Part shown: one piece after another, positions 44,102-55,097 of the stretch
How the letters are laid out: each line of letters starts with the position of its first letter
How positions within the stretch are numbered: the stretch's first letter is position 1
Assembly (NCBI GenBank): GCA_902462325.1
Contig: CABQBF010000001.1
Coordinates: 11,478-75,477, forward strand
Length of the DNA stretch: 64,000 bases
Origin: an uncultured Peptococcaceae bacterium
GTDB lineage: Bacteria > Bacillota > Peptococcia > Peptococcales > Peptococcaceae
Direction: 5' to 3'
Made by a program: the position numbers and the translations under genes
The notes under the pieces: model-generated
The model's database searches: none
The model's input: only the letters and a program-made list of their open reading frames with translations
What the model was told of the DNA's origin: nothing

Positions 44102-44704
44102 ATGCGTTCCTCCTTTTGATTTGTGGGTTCTGTTAGATTATTAGGGAGAAAAGTTAGAAATCCCTTATATCAAAGAGTTGCGGTTCCATACTTTATCTCC
44201 CTGGGACTTTTTTGCTCTAGTACTGTGCAGAGCCAGATTTCTTTCATGCCTTCTGAACAGAACCGCTTTGTGTATAAATCTTATCAAAATATCAATTTGC
44301 ACTCCAGCAAGTGCGCGATACAATTACGTAGCAATCGGTGGAATTTAAGCGTTTTTTTGTATATCTTAATTGTCATGCTGCATTCTATGCCTATTTTAGC
44401 ATAGAAAAAGCGCTTTCTCTATTATTTGATGGAATAACAGGCAGGCTTTTTGATTTTAGCAAAGTTATTTTCGGATAGATGAGTATTTTAACGAGGCATT
44501 GCACCAGCAAGAATTGATAAAGAGGGCGCTCCGTTGCAGATCAAGTGCGATAGAGGTATACGCCTATCTGCAACTTTATTATGCAGCCTGTGATTTATCG
44601 GAGCGATATCCTGATAAATGTAAGAAAGGAAACCTGTAATTTGTTTTTACGTCAGCTTCTACCGAGAGGCTGGCGTATTTCTTTTGTATTTTTATAGAAA
44701 GCAG

Positions 44705-44732
44705 TTGACAAATACGTGGAATGGAATATAAT
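44705..44732 (+). promoter_or_regulatory. promoter TTGACA-16-TATAAT upstream of the metal ATPase
   Basis: The hexamers are at 44705-44710 and 44727-44732. Confidence 0.55.
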
Positions 44733-44738
44733 GAATAT

Positions 44739-44754
44739 ATGAATTGATGTTCAT
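44739..44754. promoter_or_regulatory. palindrome ATGAA-N6-TTCAT at the predicted transcription start; candidate metalloregulator operator
   Basis: ATGAATTGATGTTCAT, read directly from the sequence. Confidence 0.35.
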
Positions 44755-44794
44755 GCATAGAAGGAAATGAAAAGAAATAGAAGGGGTGGAACCG

Positions 44795-47506
44795 ATGGAG
44801 CGAGTTTATCACATTGCAGGTTTGGATTGTGCCAACTGCGCGGCCCAATTAGAGCGACAGCTAAAAAATGTGAAATATTTTGATAATGTGGTCATTGATT
44901 TTATGGCGCAGAAGATTATTTTGACTGCACAGGACGAGCAAAGCCTGCAAGCGGGCTTATTAGAAGCTCAAAAGGTGATTGATAGAGTAGAACCGGGCGT
45001 TACGATTACAGAGAAAACAAAAAAGAAAAAAATAAGTCATCATGGGGAACATGGAGAACCTTGCGACTGCGGCCATGACCACCATTATGGGGACCATGAG
45101 GAACATTGTGGTTGCGATCATGACCATCATCATGGGGAACATGAGGAGCATTGCGGTTGCGGTCATGATCATCATCGCCATGGGGAACAGGATGTGCATG
45201 CAGTGCAGGCGCATACAGCGGTTTCTGGTAAAGGGCAGCGGGTTTATTTCATCAGCGGCTTGGATTGCGCCAACTGTGCCGCCAAGCTGGAACGGCATTT
45301 AAAAGAACTGCCCTATTTTGATGACGTTACTATCGACTTTATGGCGCAAAAATTGATTTTGCAGGTAAAAGACTTGCAGACGCTGCCAACGGCGATAAAA
45401 GAAGTTGAAGCAGTGATTGAAACGGTAGAGCCTGGTGTAACTATCAGCGAGAAGCAGAAAAAAGCCAAGGGCGCGTATCATGACCATGTACATGACGAGC
45501 ATTGCGGCTGTGGGCATGACCACGAACATGACCATAACCATAACCATAACCACAGACAGCATTGTGATTGTGGACAGCATCATGAACAGGAGTATCAGAC
45601 AAAGCAGCTATCAGAGCCTGCGGCAATGGCGCAGCCTGTTGCGGTTAAGCCTAAGGCGGCGCCTTTTACGCCAGAAATGAAGCAATCAGCCATGAAGATA
45701 GCTGCTGGCGCAGTGCTGGTGCTGCTGGCAAATTTGTTAAAACTATCGGAACTGGCGCAGTTTGGAGTTTATTTGCTGGCTTATTTGATTGTGGGCGGCG
45801 AGATTGTGCTGCGGGCTGTCAAAAATATTACCCGCGGACAGGTTTTTGACGAAAATTTTTTGATGGCGGTGGCCACTATTGGCGCTTTTTGTGTCGGGGA
45901 ATATCCCGAAGGCGTGATGGTAATGCTGCTGTATCAGTTAGGTGAGTTGTTTCAAGACTATGCAGTGCATCGTTCCCGCCGTTCTATTGCCGATTTAATG
46001 GATATTAAGCCGGAAGTGGCCCATGTAAAGCAGGGCGATCGGTTCATCTCCGTTGAACCGGACGAAGTGGCGCTGGGCGATATCATCCAAATTCGGCCCG
46101 GCGAAAAAATTCCGTTGGATGGCGTTGTTTTAGACGGGCATTCTGCTTTGGATACCGTAGCGCTCACCGGAGAATCGGTGCCGCGGGAAGTGGCCCCAGG
46201 TCAACAGGTAATGAGCGGCTGCATCAATACCTCCGGTGTGTTGACTGTACGGGTGGAAAAAGAATATGAGGACTCTACCGTTGCCAAGATTTTAGATTTG
46301 GTGGAAAACGCCAGCAGCAAAAAGGCTGAGGCAGAAAATTTTATCACCCGTTTTGCCCGGTATTACACGCCGGTGGTGGTGGCTATTGCCGCTATATTGG
46401 CCATTGTGCCGCCTCTCGCTTTACAGGAGCCCTTCAGTGGTTGGATTTATCGTGCGCTGACCTTCCTGGTTATCTCTTGCCCCTGCGCGTTGGTCATCTC
46501 CATCCCGCTGACCTTTTTTGGCGGTTTGGGCGCCAGCTCCCGGCATGGGGTATTGGTAAAAGGCAGCAACTATCTGGAATCATTGGCCCAGCTTGAAATT
46601 GCAGTGTTTGACAAAACCGGCACCCTAACGAAGGGCCAGTTTGCCGTCACTGAAGTGCATCCGGTAGGTATCAGTGAAGAACAATTGCTCTACTATGCCG
46701 CTTGTGCCGAAAGCATCTCCAATCATCCTATTGCTCAGGCTGTGCAGCAGGCTAATCAAAAGGCCGTTGCAGCTCAAGCGCTGCAGAGCGCGGAAGAAAT
46801 CGCCGGGCACGGCATTTCGGCTGTAGTAGAAGGCCATACCGTTTTGGCAGGCAACTACCGGCTGATGGAACGGGAACAGGTGGTGTGCAGCCAAGTGGAA
46901 GAAGCGGGCACTATCATTTATCTGGCGCTGGATAGAAAATTCTGCGGCTGGATTGTTATTGCCGATGAATTAAAACCGGACGCTCAGGAAATGATTACGC
47001 GGCTGAAAGCATTAGGCATAAATCAGATTGTGATGTTGACCGGCGATAATCAGAAAACTGCAGAACAGGTGGCGGGGCAGTTAGGTATTACCAAAGTATT
47101 CAGCCAGCTATTGCCTGGCGACAAAGTACATTGCCTGGAACAGTTATTGCAGCAGAAAAGCCAGAAGGGTACCATTTCCTTTACCGGCGACGGTCTCAAC
47201 GACGCGCCTGTATTGGCTCGTGCTGATGTAGGCATCGCCATGGGCGGCTTAGGCTCCGATGCGGCCATCGAAGCGGCTGACGTTGTCATTATGAACGACC
47301 AGCCCAGCAAGTTGGCTGACGCAGTGGAAATTGCCCGAGCCACACGGCGTATTGTGAAGCAAAATATTGTTTTCATTCTAGCTGTCAAGCTGTTGGTATT
47401 GATTTTAGCTGCGCTGGGTTTGGCAACCATGTGGATGGCCGTTTTTGCTGATGTGGGCGTGGCGGTGTTGGCTATCTTGAATGCGGTGCGCATCATCCGT
47501 AAATAA
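44795..47506 (+). CDS. heavy-metal translocating P1B-type ATPase (Cd/Zn/Co-like) with two HMA domains, each followed by a His/Cys/Asp-rich tract
   Basis: Two copies of GLDCANCAA, His-rich tracts, the CPC motif (SCPCALVIS), DKTGTLT, and GDGLNDAP. The start is ATG 44795 or GTG 44786. Confidence 0.9.
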   Translation: MERVYHIAGLDCANCAAQLERQLKNVKYFDNVVIDFMAQKIILTAQDEQSLQAGLLEAQKVIDRVEPGVTITEKTKKKKISHHGEHGEPCDCGHDHHYGDHEEHCGCDHDHHHGEHEEHCGCGHDHHRHGEQDVHAVQAHTAVSGKGQRVYFISGLDCANCAAKLERHLKELPYFDDVTIDFMAQKLILQVKDLQTLPTAIKEVEAVIETVEPGVTISEKQKKAKGAYHDHVHDEHCGCGHDHEHDHNHNHNHRQHCDCGQHHEQEYQTKQLSEPAAMAQPVAVKPKAAPFTPEMKQSAMKIAAGAVLVLLANLLKLSELAQFGVYLLAYLIVGGEIVLRAVKNITRGQVFDENFLMAVATIGAFCVGEYPEGVMVMLLYQLGELFQDYAVHRSRRSIADLMDIKPEVAHVKQGDRFISVEPDEVALGDIIQIRPGEKIPLDGVVLDGHSALDTVALTGESVPREVAPGQQVMSGCINTSGVLTVRVEKEYEDSTVAKILDLVENASSKKAEAENFITRFARYYTPVVVAIAAILAIVPPLALQEPFSGWIYRALTFLVISCPCALVISIPLTFFGGLGASSRHGVLVKGSNYLESLAQLEIAVFDKTGTLTKGQFAVTEVHPVGISEEQLLYYAACAESISNHPIAQAVQQANQKAVAAQALQSAEEIAGHGISAVVEGHTVLAGNYRLMEREQVVCSQVEEAGTIIYLALDRKFCGWIVIADELKPDAQEMITRLKALGINQIVMLTGDNQKTAEQVAGQLGITKVFSQLLPGDKVHCLEQLLQQKSQKGTISFTGDGLNDAPVLARADVGIAMGGLGSDAAIEAADVVIMNDQPSKLADAVEIARATRRIVKQNIVFILAVKLLVLILAALGLATMWMAVFADVGVAVLAILNAVRIIRK

Positions 47507-47559
47507 AAGGCTGTCAGATTACACACAAAAATTTGCAAACAAACTGATGAAACGATGAA

Positions 47560-47604
47560 GTCATGCTGGCGTTCTGCATTGGGCGGAAGGCTGGCATGGC
47601 TTTT
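47560..47604 (+). terminator. terminator-like hairpin after the ATPase gene
   Basis: GTCATGCTGGC / GGCTGGCATGGC stem (with G-U pairs) followed by TTTT. Confidence 0.45.
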
Positions 47605-47920
47605 GTGTTTGGAGAGCAAAAGTAATTATACAGGGAAAAAGGAAGAAAAAATTAAATATTGACCGCAGGATTTATGAAGAGAAAACGCACCCGTTACCAG
47701 GCAGCCGAAGAATATGATATCAGAGAGTTTCTGGTTAAGCTGCTCTGCGAAACGATGAATAAAGAATCGAAGAGGCTTCTATCATTGGAAGAAGCTGTTT
47801 AAAAGTCATCTCTAAAAACCATAGCAGTCCTTTTACATGGACGTTGTTCTGTTATGTGAATACTATAAATAAAAATAATGAAACTATCGTGAAAAATAGT
47901 GCGAAGCGGCGAAAAAAAGC

Positions 47921-47949
47921 CTTGCAAATGTATTTTCAGTGTGATAATA
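47921..47949 (+). promoter_or_regulatory. candidate promoter of the S10 operon (TTGCAA-17-TAATAT)
   Basis: The hexamers are at 47921-47926 and 47944-47949, about 125 nt upstream of rpsJ. Confidence 0.4.
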
Positions 47950-48074
47950 TTTAGAAGTTGCGTAAGACAGGCGATGAAGCGGAAGGTTGCTAGGCGCGGC
48001 GACACGCCAGACCCCGTGTTCTAGGTAATTTCCGTGGAGAATGTCCGTTAATCGGGCGCGAAGGAGGGAAAAAC

Positions 48075-48383
48075 ATGGCAAAACAGAAAATCAGAATTCG
48101 TTTAAAAGCATTCGATCACAAATTATTGGATCAGTCTGCTCAGAAAATCGTTGAAACAGCGAAGAAAACAGGAGCCAAAGTTTCCGGTCCGGTTCCACTG
48201 CCGACCGAAAAAAATGTGTTTACAATTTTGAGATCTCCTCATGTAAACAAAGACTCCCGTGAACAGTTCGAAATGAGAACGCATAAACGTCTGATTGACA
48301 TTTTTGATCACAATCAGAAAACTGTTGAAGCTCTGATGCGTTTGGATTTACCATCCGGCGTTGAAATCGAAATTAAATTATAA
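48075..48383 (+). CDS. rpsJ: 30S ribosomal protein S10
   Basis: [19 protein letters not shown]... is canonical S10. It is the first gene of the conserved cluster. Confidence 0.95.
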   Translation: MAKQKIRIRLKAFDHKLLDQSAQKIVETAKKTGAKVSGPVPLPTEKNVFTILRSPHVNKDSREQFEMRTHKRLIDIFDHNQKTVEALMRLDLPSGVEIEIKL

Positions 48384-48412
48384 TTGTTTGCTAAGCTTAA
48401 GGAGGTGGCAAG

Positions 48413-49039
48413 ATGAAAGCGATTTTAGGTAAGAAAATTGGTATGACTCAAATCTTTTCTCCAGAAGGTAAAGCAATCCCTGTAACAGTTATTGAAGCAG
48501 GTCCTTGCACAGTCATCCAGACAAAAACAAATGATACTGATGGCTATGAAGCTATTCAGATTGGTTTTGATGAAATCAAAGAAGTACGTGCAAATAAACC
48601 TCAGAAAGGCCATTTTGCAAAAGTGCAGGCAAAACCAATGAGATATTTAAGAGAATTCCGCGTTGATAACGCTGCTGAATATCAGTTGGGTCAGGTTATC
48701 AAGGCTGACATTTTTGAAGCTGGCGATATCATTGATGCTACTGGAATCAGCAAAGGAAAAGGTTTCCAGGGTAGTATCAAACGCTGCGGCCAGTCCAGAG
48801 GGCCAATGGGTCACGGTTCTAAATATCATCGCCGTTCCGGTTCTTTGGGTGCGTTAGGTCCAAACCACGTATTTAAAGGCCGTCAACTGCCAGGCCGTAT
48901 GGGCGGGCTGAAAATTACAGTTCAGAATCTGCAGGTCGTAAAAGTAGACGCTGAACGCAATCTGCTGTTAGTAAAAGGTTCCGTACCTGGTCCTAACAAA
49001 TCTATGATTACTATTAAAAGTGCTGTAAAAGCGAAATAA
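48413..49039 (+). CDS. rplC: 50S ribosomal protein L3
   Basis: [12 protein letters not shown]...GKGFQG is canonical L3. Confidence 0.95.
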   Translation: MKAILGKKIGMTQIFSPEGKAIPVTVIEAGPCTVIQTKTNDTDGYEAIQIGFDEIKEVRANKPQKGHFAKVQAKPMRYLREFRVDNAAEYQLGQVIKADIFEAGDIIDATGISKGKGFQGSIKRCGQSRGPMGHGSKYHRRSGSLGALGPNHVFKGRQLPGRMGGLKITVQNLQVVKVDAERNLLLVKGSVPGPNKSMITIKSAVKAK

Positions 49040-49069
49040 TTAGTGTCGCAAGAAAGGAGGAAACTACAA

Positions 49070-49693
49070 ATGCCAAAAGTAGCTTTATTAAATGTAGAAG
49101 GCACTCAGGTTGGCGAAATCGAACTGAACGATGAAGTGTTCGGTATTGAACCAAACGAAAGCGTTGTACATGAAGCTGTTGTAATGCAGATGGCTAGCTG
49201 GCGTCAGGGCACTCACTGCACAAAATCCAGAGGTGAAGTGAGAGGCGGCGGCCGCAAACCATGGAGACAGAAAGGAACTGGTCGTGCCAGAGTTGGTACT
49301 ATTCGTTCTCCACTGTGGCGTGGCGGTGCTATTATCTTCGGGCCAAAACCAAGAAGCTATAGCTATTCCATTCCAAAGAAGAAAAGACGTCTTGCATTGA
49401 AATCTGTACTTTCCAGTAAAGTTGCAGAAAACGATATTATCGTATTAGATACTTTGAATTTTGACCAGCCAAAAACAAAGGAAATGGTTAAGGTTCTGGA
49501 TGCATTAAAAGTTGATGCAAAAGCATTAGTTGTTACCGCTGAAGTAGATGAAACCGTTGTGAAATCTGCTCGTAATATTGAAGGGGTTACACCGGTTGCA
49601 GCAGCATCAGTGAATGTATATGATGTGTTGGCCCACAATAAGCTGATCATCACCAAAGATGCAATCGCTAAGATTGAGGAGGTGCTGGCATAA
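49070..49693 (+). CDS. rplD: 50S ribosomal protein L4
   Basis: [11 protein letters not shown]... and [13 protein letters not shown]. The ATG follows AAAGGAGG. The ORF-track start at 49043 is rejected. Confidence 0.95.
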   Translation: MPKVALLNVEGTQVGEIELNDEVFGIEPNESVVHEAVVMQMASWRQGTHCTKSRGEVRGGGRKPWRQKGTGRARVGTIRSPLWRGGAIIFGPKPRSYSYSIPKKKRRLALKSVLSSKVAENDIIVLDTLNFDQPKTKEMVKVLDALKVDAKALVVTAEVDETVVKSARNIEGVTPVAAASVNVYDVLAHNKLIITKDAIAKIEEVLA

Positions 49694-49977
49694 TGGACGC
49701 GCGTGACATCATTATCAAACCTGTTGTAACAGAAAAATCCGTTTCCTTGATGGAACATAACAAATATGTTTTCAGAGTTGCTTTAAGCGCAAACAAAATT
49801 GAAATCAAAAAGGCTGTTGAAGAAATCTTCAAAGTAAAAGTAATTGATGTGAATACTGTTCGCGTAAAAGGTAAAGTAAAACGTATGGGCCGTTATGAAG
49901 GCAAAACATCTGATTACAAGAAAGCTGTTGTGCAGTTGGCTGAAGGCGACAGCATTGAAATTTTTGAAGGTATGTAA
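49693..49977 (+). CDS. rplW: 50S ribosomal protein L23
   Basis: [10 protein letters not shown]...FRV...[13 protein letters not shown]. Confidence 0.95.
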   Translation: MDARDIIIKPVVTEKSVSLMEHNKYVFRVALSANKIEIKKAVEEIFKVKVIDVNTVRVKGKVKRMGRYEGKTSDYKKAVVQLAEGDSIEIFEGM

Positions 49978-50018
49978 TCTGAAATAATTTTGATAGAATC
50001 CAGAAGGAGGGAACTGCA

Positions 50019-50852
50019 ATGGCAGTAAAAAGTTTTAAGCCTACTTCTCCTGGTAGACGTCAGATGACTGTTTCTACATTCGAAGAAATCACAGCGAGCA
50101 AACCAGAAAAATCTTTGCTGGCTCCTATGAAGAAAACAGCCGGCAGAAATGCACAGGGTTGCATTACTGTTCGTCATCATGGCGGCGGTCATAAAAGACA
50201 GTACCGGGTAATTGACTTTAAACGTAATAAAGATAATATTCCAGCCAGAGTTGCTACGATTGAATACGATCCAAACCGTTCCGCACGTATTGCGCTGTTG
50301 AACTATGTTGATGGTGAAAAGAGATACATTCTTGCACCAAACGGCTTGAAGGTCGGCGATGTAATCGTATCTGGTCCGGACTCTGATATTAAGATTGGCA
50401 ACTGCTTGCCGATCGACAACATTCCAGTTGGTACCGTAATTCACAATGTTGAATTAAAACCGGAAAAAGGCGCGCAGTTATGCCGTGCGGCTGGTGCTTC
50501 TGCTCAGTTGATGGCAAAGGAAGGCAAATATGCTACCCTGAGACTGCCATCTGGTGAAATGAGACTGGTTCTGTTGGCTTGCCGGGCTACAATCGGTCAG
50601 GTTGGCAATCTGGAACATGAAATCATCAACATTGGTAAAGCTGGTCGTACCCGTTGGATGGGTGTAAGACCTACTGTACGCGGTTCTGTTATGAACCCGA
50701 ACGACCATCCACATGGTGGTGGGGAAGGTCGCGCTCCTGTAGGCCGTAAGTGCCCAGTTAGCCCATGGGGTAAATCTGCACATGGCGGTAACACCCGTAA
50801 GAAAAATAATGTAAATGACAAATATATTGTTAAATCACGCAAGAATAAATAG
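50019..50852 (+). CDS. rplB: 50S ribosomal protein L2
   Basis: [14 protein letters not shown]... and [12 protein letters not shown]. Confidence 0.95.
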   Translation: MAVKSFKPTSPGRRQMTVSTFEEITASKPEKSLLAPMKKTAGRNAQGCITVRHHGGGHKRQYRVIDFKRNKDNIPARVATIEYDPNRSARIALLNYVDGEKRYILAPNGLKVGDVIVSGPDSDIKIGNCLPIDNIPVGTVIHNVELKPEKGAQLCRAAGASAQLMAKEGKYATLRLPSGEMRLVLLACRATIGQVGNLEHEIINIGKAGRTRWMGVRPTVRGSVMNPNDHPHGGGEGRAPVGRKCPVSPWGKSAHGGNTRKKNNVNDKYIVKSRKNK

Positions 50853-50879
50853 CTTGCGCGAAGGGAGGCAAATATCCTC

Positions 50880-51164
50880 ATGAGTAGATCATTGAAAAAA
50901 GGACCTTTTGTTGAAGAAAAATTGTACAACAGAATCGTGGCTATGAATGAATCTGGTGACAAGAGAGTCATCAAAACATGGTCCCGCAGTTCTACAATCT
51001 TCCCAGAATTCATTGGTCATACAATTGCTGTTCATGATGGTCGTAAACATGTGCCTGTTTATGTAACTGAAGATATGGTAGGACATAAGCTGGGCGAATT
51101 TGCGCCAACACGTACTTTTAAAGGCCACGGTGACCACACCGAACGGTCGACTTCCTTGAAGTAG
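50880..51164 (+). CDS. rpsS: 30S ribosomal protein S19
   Basis: [10 protein letters not shown]... and [16 protein letters not shown]. Confidence 0.95.
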   Translation: MSRSLKKGPFVEEKLYNRIVAMNESGDKRVIKTWSRSSTIFPEFIGHTIAVHDGRKHVPVYVTEDMVGHKLGEFAPTRTFKGHGDHTERSTSLK

Positions 51165-51186
51165 AAATAAGAGAGGGGGTTTCGCA

Positions 51187-51519
51187 ATGGAAGCGAAAGC
51201 TGTCGCTAAATTCGTAAGAATTTCTCCTAGAAAAGCTCGTCAGGTAGTTGACCTGATTCGCGGCAAAAGTGTTGGAGAAGCATATGCGATTTTGAAATTT
51301 ACACCTCACAAGGGTGCTGCATTAGTAGAAAAAGTATTGAAATCTGCTGTAGCTAACGCTGAACATAATTACAACATGAACGTTGATAACCTGTATGTCA
51401 GCACAGCTTATGTTGATCAGGGTGCGTCTTTAAAAAGATTTAAACCTAGAGCAATGGGCAGAGCGGATGGTATCCGTAAGAGAACAAGCCATATTACAGT
51501 AATGGTTAGCGAAAAATAA
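51187..51519 (+). CDS. rplV: 50S ribosomal protein L22
   Basis: [17 protein letters not shown]. Confidence 0.95.
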   Translation: MEAKAVAKFVRISPRKARQVVDLIRGKSVGEAYAILKFTPHKGAALVEKVLKSAVANAEHNYNMNVDNLYVSTAYVDQGASLKRFKPRAMGRADGIRKRTSHITVMVSEK

Positions 51520-51533
51520 GGAGGGATCACTCA

Positions 51534-52199
51534 GTGGGTCAAAAGGTAAGTCCTAAAGGAATGCGTATCGGCGTCATTAAAGACTGGGACGCTAGATGGT
51601 ATGCTGATAAGAATTATGTAGAACTCCTCCATGAAGATCTGAAGGTCCGTAAGTTTGTTAAAGCCAAATTATTTGAAAGCGGCGTTTCTGAAATTATCAC
51701 TGAAAGAACTGGGAATACCAAACTGAGAGTGACAATTCATACAGCAAAACCTGGTATCGTAATCGGCGCCAAGGGCTCCGAAATCGAAAAACTGCGTAAA
51801 GAACTGGAAGCCATGACTGGCAAACAGGTAAACATCAATATCCAGGAAGTAAAAAGACCAGAAGCCAATGCACAGTTGGTTGCGGAAGCTACCGCTGCAC
51901 AGCTGGTAAGACGTGTAGCATTCCGTAGAGCTATGAAACAGGCTGTAGGCAGAGCTTTGAAATCTGGCGCTGAAGGTATTAAAATTGCAATCTCTGGTCG
52001 TTTGGCAGGTGCTGATATCGCCCGTACTGAATGGTACAGCGAAGGCAAGGTGCCACTGCACACACTCCGTGCCGACATTGATTACGGTTTCGCAGAAGCA
52101 GATACAACTTATGGTAAAATCGGCGTAAAAGTTTGGATCTACAAAGGGGAAGTTCTTCCTGAAGCGAAAAATGCTCAAGCTAAGGAAGGAGGCAACTAA
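51534..52199 (+). CDS. rpsC: 30S ribosomal protein S3
   Basis: [12 protein letters not shown]...[10 protein letters not shown] is the KH domain. GTG start. Confidence 0.95.
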   Translation: MGQKVSPKGMRIGVIKDWDARWYADKNYVELLHEDLKVRKFVKAKLFESGVSEIITERTGNTKLRVTIHTAKPGIVIGAKGSEIEKLRKELEAMTGKQVNINIQEVKRPEANAQLVAEATAAQLVRRVAFRRAMKQAVGRALKSGAEGIKIAISGRLAGADIARTEWYSEGKVPLHTLRADIDYGFAEADTTYGKIGVKVWIYKGEVLPEAKNAQAKEGGN

Positions 52200-52201
52200 T
52201 C

Positions 52202-52630
52202 ATGTTGGTGCCAAAGAGAGTAAAATGGCGTAGACCACATCGTGCAAGCTTGAAAGGTGAAGCACATAAAGGTACAGAAGTAACATATGGCGAATATGGT
52301 TTGCAGGCTCTGGAAGGTGCATGGATTACAAGCCGCCAGATTGAAGCTGCCCGTATTGCAATGACTCGTTACATCAAACGTGGCGGTAAAGTATGGATTA
52401 AAATTTTCCCAGACAAACCTGTAACAGCAAAACCTGCTGAAGTACGTATGGGTTCCGGGAAAGGTGCTCCTGATTACTGGGTTGCAGTGGTAAAACCAGG
52501 CAGAGTAATGTTTGAATTGGCTGGCGTTCCAGAAGAAGTAGCCAGAGAAGCATTGCGTTTGGCAATGCATAAATTGCCTATTAAATGTAAATTCGTGAAA
52601 AAAGAAGGCGGTGACGTAAATGAAGGTTAA
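52202..52630 (+). CDS. rplP: 50S ribosomal protein L16
   Basis: [11 protein letters not shown]... and RMGSGKG. Confidence 0.95.
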   Translation: MLVPKRVKWRRPHRASLKGEAHKGTEVTYGEYGLQALEGAWITSRQIEAARIAMTRYIKRGGKVWIKIFPDKPVTAKPAEVRMGSGKGAPDYWVAVVKPGRVMFELAGVPEEVAREALRLAMHKLPIKCKFVKKEGGDVNEG

Positions 52631-52820
52631 GGCATTGAGAGACTTAAGCACAGCTGAATTGGAAAAGAAGGTTGTAGATCTCAAAGAAGAACTTTTTAAT
52701 TTGCGTTTCCAGATGGCTACCGGCCAGTTAGAAAATCCAATGAAGATTAAAGAAATCCGTAAGGACATTGCAAAAGCAAAAACAATCTTGCGGGAACGTG
52801 AAATTAAAGAACAGGCCTAG
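52620..52820 (+). CDS. rpmC: 50S ribosomal protein L29
   Basis: [17 protein letters not shown]. Confidence 0.95.
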   Translation: MKVKALRDLSTAELEKKVVDLKEELFNLRFQMATGQLENPMKIKEIRKDIAKAKTILREREIKEQA

Positions 52821-52842
52821 GCTCAAGTGAGGAGGTTACAAC

Positions 52843-53103
52843 GTGGAAAGAGGAAATCGTAAAGTTCGTTACGGCGTTGTTGTAAGCGACAAAATGGACA
52901 AAACTGTTACAGTTTCTGTCGAAAACCATTTCCGTCATCCTCTGTACGGCAAAATTACTGCCATGACAAAGAAATATAAAGCTCATGACGAAGAAAATGC
53001 CTGCAAAGTAGGAGATAAAGTAAAAATTATGGAAACACGTCCACTGAGTAAAGATAAAAGATGGCGTGTTGTTGAAATTACTGAAAAGGCTACGCTCGTA
53101 TAA
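52843..53103 (+). CDS. rpsQ: 30S ribosomal protein S17
   Basis: [14 protein letters not shown]... and [14 protein letters not shown] start. Confidence 0.95.
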   Translation: MERGNRKVRYGVVVSDKMDKTVTVSVENHFRHPLYGKITAMTKKYKAHDEENACKVGDKVKIMETRPLSKDKRWRVVEITEKATLV

Positions 53104-53153
53104 GTTGTGTAGTTTTTTCACAACGAGATGTTGCCGGAAGGAGGTAACCTGAT

Positions 53154-53522
53154 ATGATTCAACAAGAAACCAGACTGAAAGTCGGTGACAATACCGGTGC
53201 AAAAGAATTGTTGTGCATCCGTGTACTGGGTGGTACAGGACGCCGTTATGCATCCGTAGGTGATATCATTATTGCTGCTGTTAAAGAAGCAACACCTGGT
53301 GGCGTTGTCAAGAAGGGTGACGTGGTAAAAGCAGTAGTTGTTAGAACAAAAGAATCTGTTCGCAGAGCTGATGGTTCTTACATTCGCTTTAGTGAAAACG
53401 CAGCCGTTATCATCAAAGATGATAAGAGCCCAAGAGGAACCCGTATTTTTGGGCCAGTGGCCAGAGAACTGCGGGATAGAGATTTCATGAAAATTGTATC
53501 TCTGGCTCCTGAAGTGCTGTAA
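53154..53522 (+). CDS. rplN: 50S ribosomal protein L14
   Basis: [27 protein letters not shown]. Confidence 0.95.
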   Translation: MIQQETRLKVGDNTGAKELLCIRVLGGTGRRYASVGDIIIAAVKEATPGGVVKKGDVVKAVVVRTKESVRRADGSYIRFSENAAVIIKDDKSPRGTRIFGPVARELRDRDFMKIVSLAPEVL

Positions 53523-53546
53523 GCTGTAGCCTTGGAGGTGAAAATC

Positions 53547-53861
53547 GTGGCAAAAATGAACGTTAAAAAAGGCGATGAAGTTATTGTAATCGCTGGAAAA
53601 GATAAAGGTAAAACTGGTAAAGTGATTCAAGCAATCCCAAGCCAGGATAAAGTTGTTGTGGAAGGTGTTGCCGTTGTAAAACGTCACACAAAACCAACAC
53701 AGAAAATGCCACAGGGTGGTATTATTGAAAAGGAAGCAGCTATTCACGTTTCTAACGTAATGCCTTACTGCAGTACCTGTAAAAAGGGCGTAAGAGTAGC
53801 GCACACCATCGACAATGGCAAAAAAATTCGTGTTTGCCGTAAATGCGGAAAAGCACTTTAA
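53547..53861 (+). CDS. rplX: 50S ribosomal protein L24 (C-terminal CxxC...CxxC variant)
   Basis: [21 protein letters not shown] is the KOW motif. GTG start 8 nt after GGAGG, with ATG 53556 as an alternative. Confidence 0.9.
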   Translation: MAKMNVKKGDEVIVIAGKDKGKTGKVIQAIPSQDKVVVEGVAVVKRHTKPTQKMPQGGIIEKEAAIHVSNVMPYCSTCKKGVRVAHTIDNGKKIRVCRKCGKAL

Positions 53862-53895
53862 TTCATAGTCTTGGTGGAAAGGAGGCTATATTGAA

Positions 53896-54435
53896 ATGGC
53901 TAGATTAAAAGATAAATATCTGAATGAAGTTGTTCCTGGCTTGCAGGAACAGTTCAAATATACAAACGTAATGGCTATTCCAAAACTGGATAAGGTTGTA
54001 GTCAACATTGGTCTGGGTGAAGCCGTACAGAATCCAAAAGCTCTGGACGCTGCCCTGAACGATTTAACTCTGATTACCGGTCAGAAGCCTGTTGTAACCA
54101 GAGCAAAAAAATCTATCGCTGGTTTCAAATTAAGAGAAGGTATGCCAGTAGGTGTAAAAGTAACTTTGCGTGGCGACCGTATGTATGAGTTTGTTGACAG
54201 ACTGCTGAGCGTAGCGCTGCCACGTGTTCGTGATTTCAGAGGTGTTTCTCCAAAATCTTTTGATGGCAGAGGAAACTACAGCCTGGGCTTAAAAGAACAG
54301 TTGATTTTCCCTGAAATCGAATACGATAAAATTGATAAACTCAGAGGTATGGAAATCGTTTTTGCAACAACAGCAAAAACTGATGAAGAAGGCAGAGCAT
54401 TGCTGAAACTTCTGGGTATGCCATTTGCAAGTTAA
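53896..54435 (+). CDS. rplE: 50S ribosomal protein L5
   Basis: [12 protein letters not shown]... and DGRGNYSLG. Confidence 0.95.
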   Translation: MARLKDKYLNEVVPGLQEQFKYTNVMAIPKLDKVVVNIGLGEAVQNPKALDAALNDLTLITGQKPVVTRAKKSIAGFKLREGMPVGVKVTLRGDRMYEFVDRLLSVALPRVRDFRGVSPKSFDGRGNYSLGLKEQLIFPEIEYDKIDKLRGMEIVFATTAKTDEEGRALLKLLGMPFAS

Positions 54436-54454
54436 TTGATTAGGAGGTAATCCT

Positions 54455-54634
54455 GTGGCAAAAACATCCATGAAGGTGCGGAAAGCGCCCAAATACAAAG
54501 TAAGAGAAGTAAATAGATGTAAAGTTTGCGGACGTCCACATGCATATATGCGTAAATTCGGTCTTTGCAGAGTATGTTTCCGTGAATTAGCTTATAAAGG
54601 CCAACTACCTGGTGTAACAAAATCCAGTTGGTAA
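54455..54634 (+). CDS. rpsN: 30S ribosomal protein S14 type Z (zinc-binding, 59 aa)
   Basis: It is not in the ORF track because it is under 60 aa. GTG start after AGGAGG. It encodes [59 protein letters not shown]. Confidence 0.9.
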   Translation: MAKTSMKVRKAPKYKVREVNRCKVCGRPHAYMRKFGLCRVCFRELAYKGQLPGVTKSSW

Positions 54635-54664
54635 AACCAAATGTATGGAAGGGGGTCGCTGTAA

Positions 54665-55063
54665 ATGGTAATGACAGATCCAATTGCAGATTTTTTAACA
54701 AGAATTCGTAATGCAAATATGGTTATGCACGAAAAGGTAGAAATTCCTGCTTCCAAAACCAAAACTGCTTTGGCCGAAATCTTGAAAAACGAAGGTTTCA
54801 TCAAAGATTACGAACAGGTTGAAGATGGAAAACAGGGTATCATTCGTGTATACTTAAAATATGGTCCTAACCGTGAAAAAGTTATTTCCGGCTTGAAACG
54901 GATTAGTAAACCAGGTCTGAAAGTATATTGCAAAAAAGACGAGATTCCAAAAGTATTAGGTGGTTTGGGGATTGCAGTTATCTCTACCTCTAAAGGAATC
55001 ATGACAGATAAAGAGGCTCGTAAGCTCGGCTTAGGCGGCGAAGTTATCTGCTACGTATGGTAA
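54665..55063 (+). CDS. rpsH: 30S ribosomal protein S8
   Basis: [17 protein letters not shown]. Confidence 0.95.
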   Translation: MVMTDPIADFLTRIRNANMVMHEKVEIPASKTKTALAEILKNEGFIKDYEQVEDGKQGIIRVYLKYGPNREKVISGLKRISKPGLKVYCKKDEIPKVLGGLGIAVISTSKGIMTDKEARKLGLGGEVICYVW

Positions 55064-55097
55064 GATAAATAAACTTGGTAGTTCAGGAGGTGCAAAA

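Noticed and set aside
44123-44848. ORFs 44123-44404 (+) and 44579-44848 (-) in the 680-bp region upstream of the ATPase, considered as the missing metalloregulator.
   Set aside because: Neither shows an ArsR/MerR/CsoR-like HTH or metal-binding motifs. Both have poor composition and no RBS.
45038-45590. Repetitive CAT/CAC/GAC-rich DNA that might be taken for a tandem repeat or array.
   Set aside because: It is in frame within the P-type ATPase and encodes His/Asp/Cys-rich metal-binding tracts. There is no spacer-repeat periodicity.
47674-47802. 42-codon ORF (MKRKRTRYQAAEEYDIREFLVKLLCETMNKESKRLLSLEEAV) between the ATPase and rpsJ.
   Set aside because: It has a weak RBS and no recognisable family. 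It could be a gene fragment, but the evidence is insufficient.
47950-48074. GC-rich leader of about 125 nt upstream of rpsJ as a possible ribosomal-protein autoregulatory leader.
   Set aside because: It is plausible, but I could not define a convincing conserved structure by eye or recall a matching Rfam leader for the Firmicutes S10 operon.
53760-53861. CxxC-N18-CxxC motif at the C-terminus of ribosomal protein L24 (CSTCKK...CRKCGK) as a possibly novel zinc ribbon.
   Set aside because: I believe Zn-ribbon-bearing L24 variants occur in other anaerobic Firmicutes. It is consistent with the zinc-type S14, L36 and adenylate kinase here, so it is probably lineage-typical rather than novel. I could not verify this without a search.
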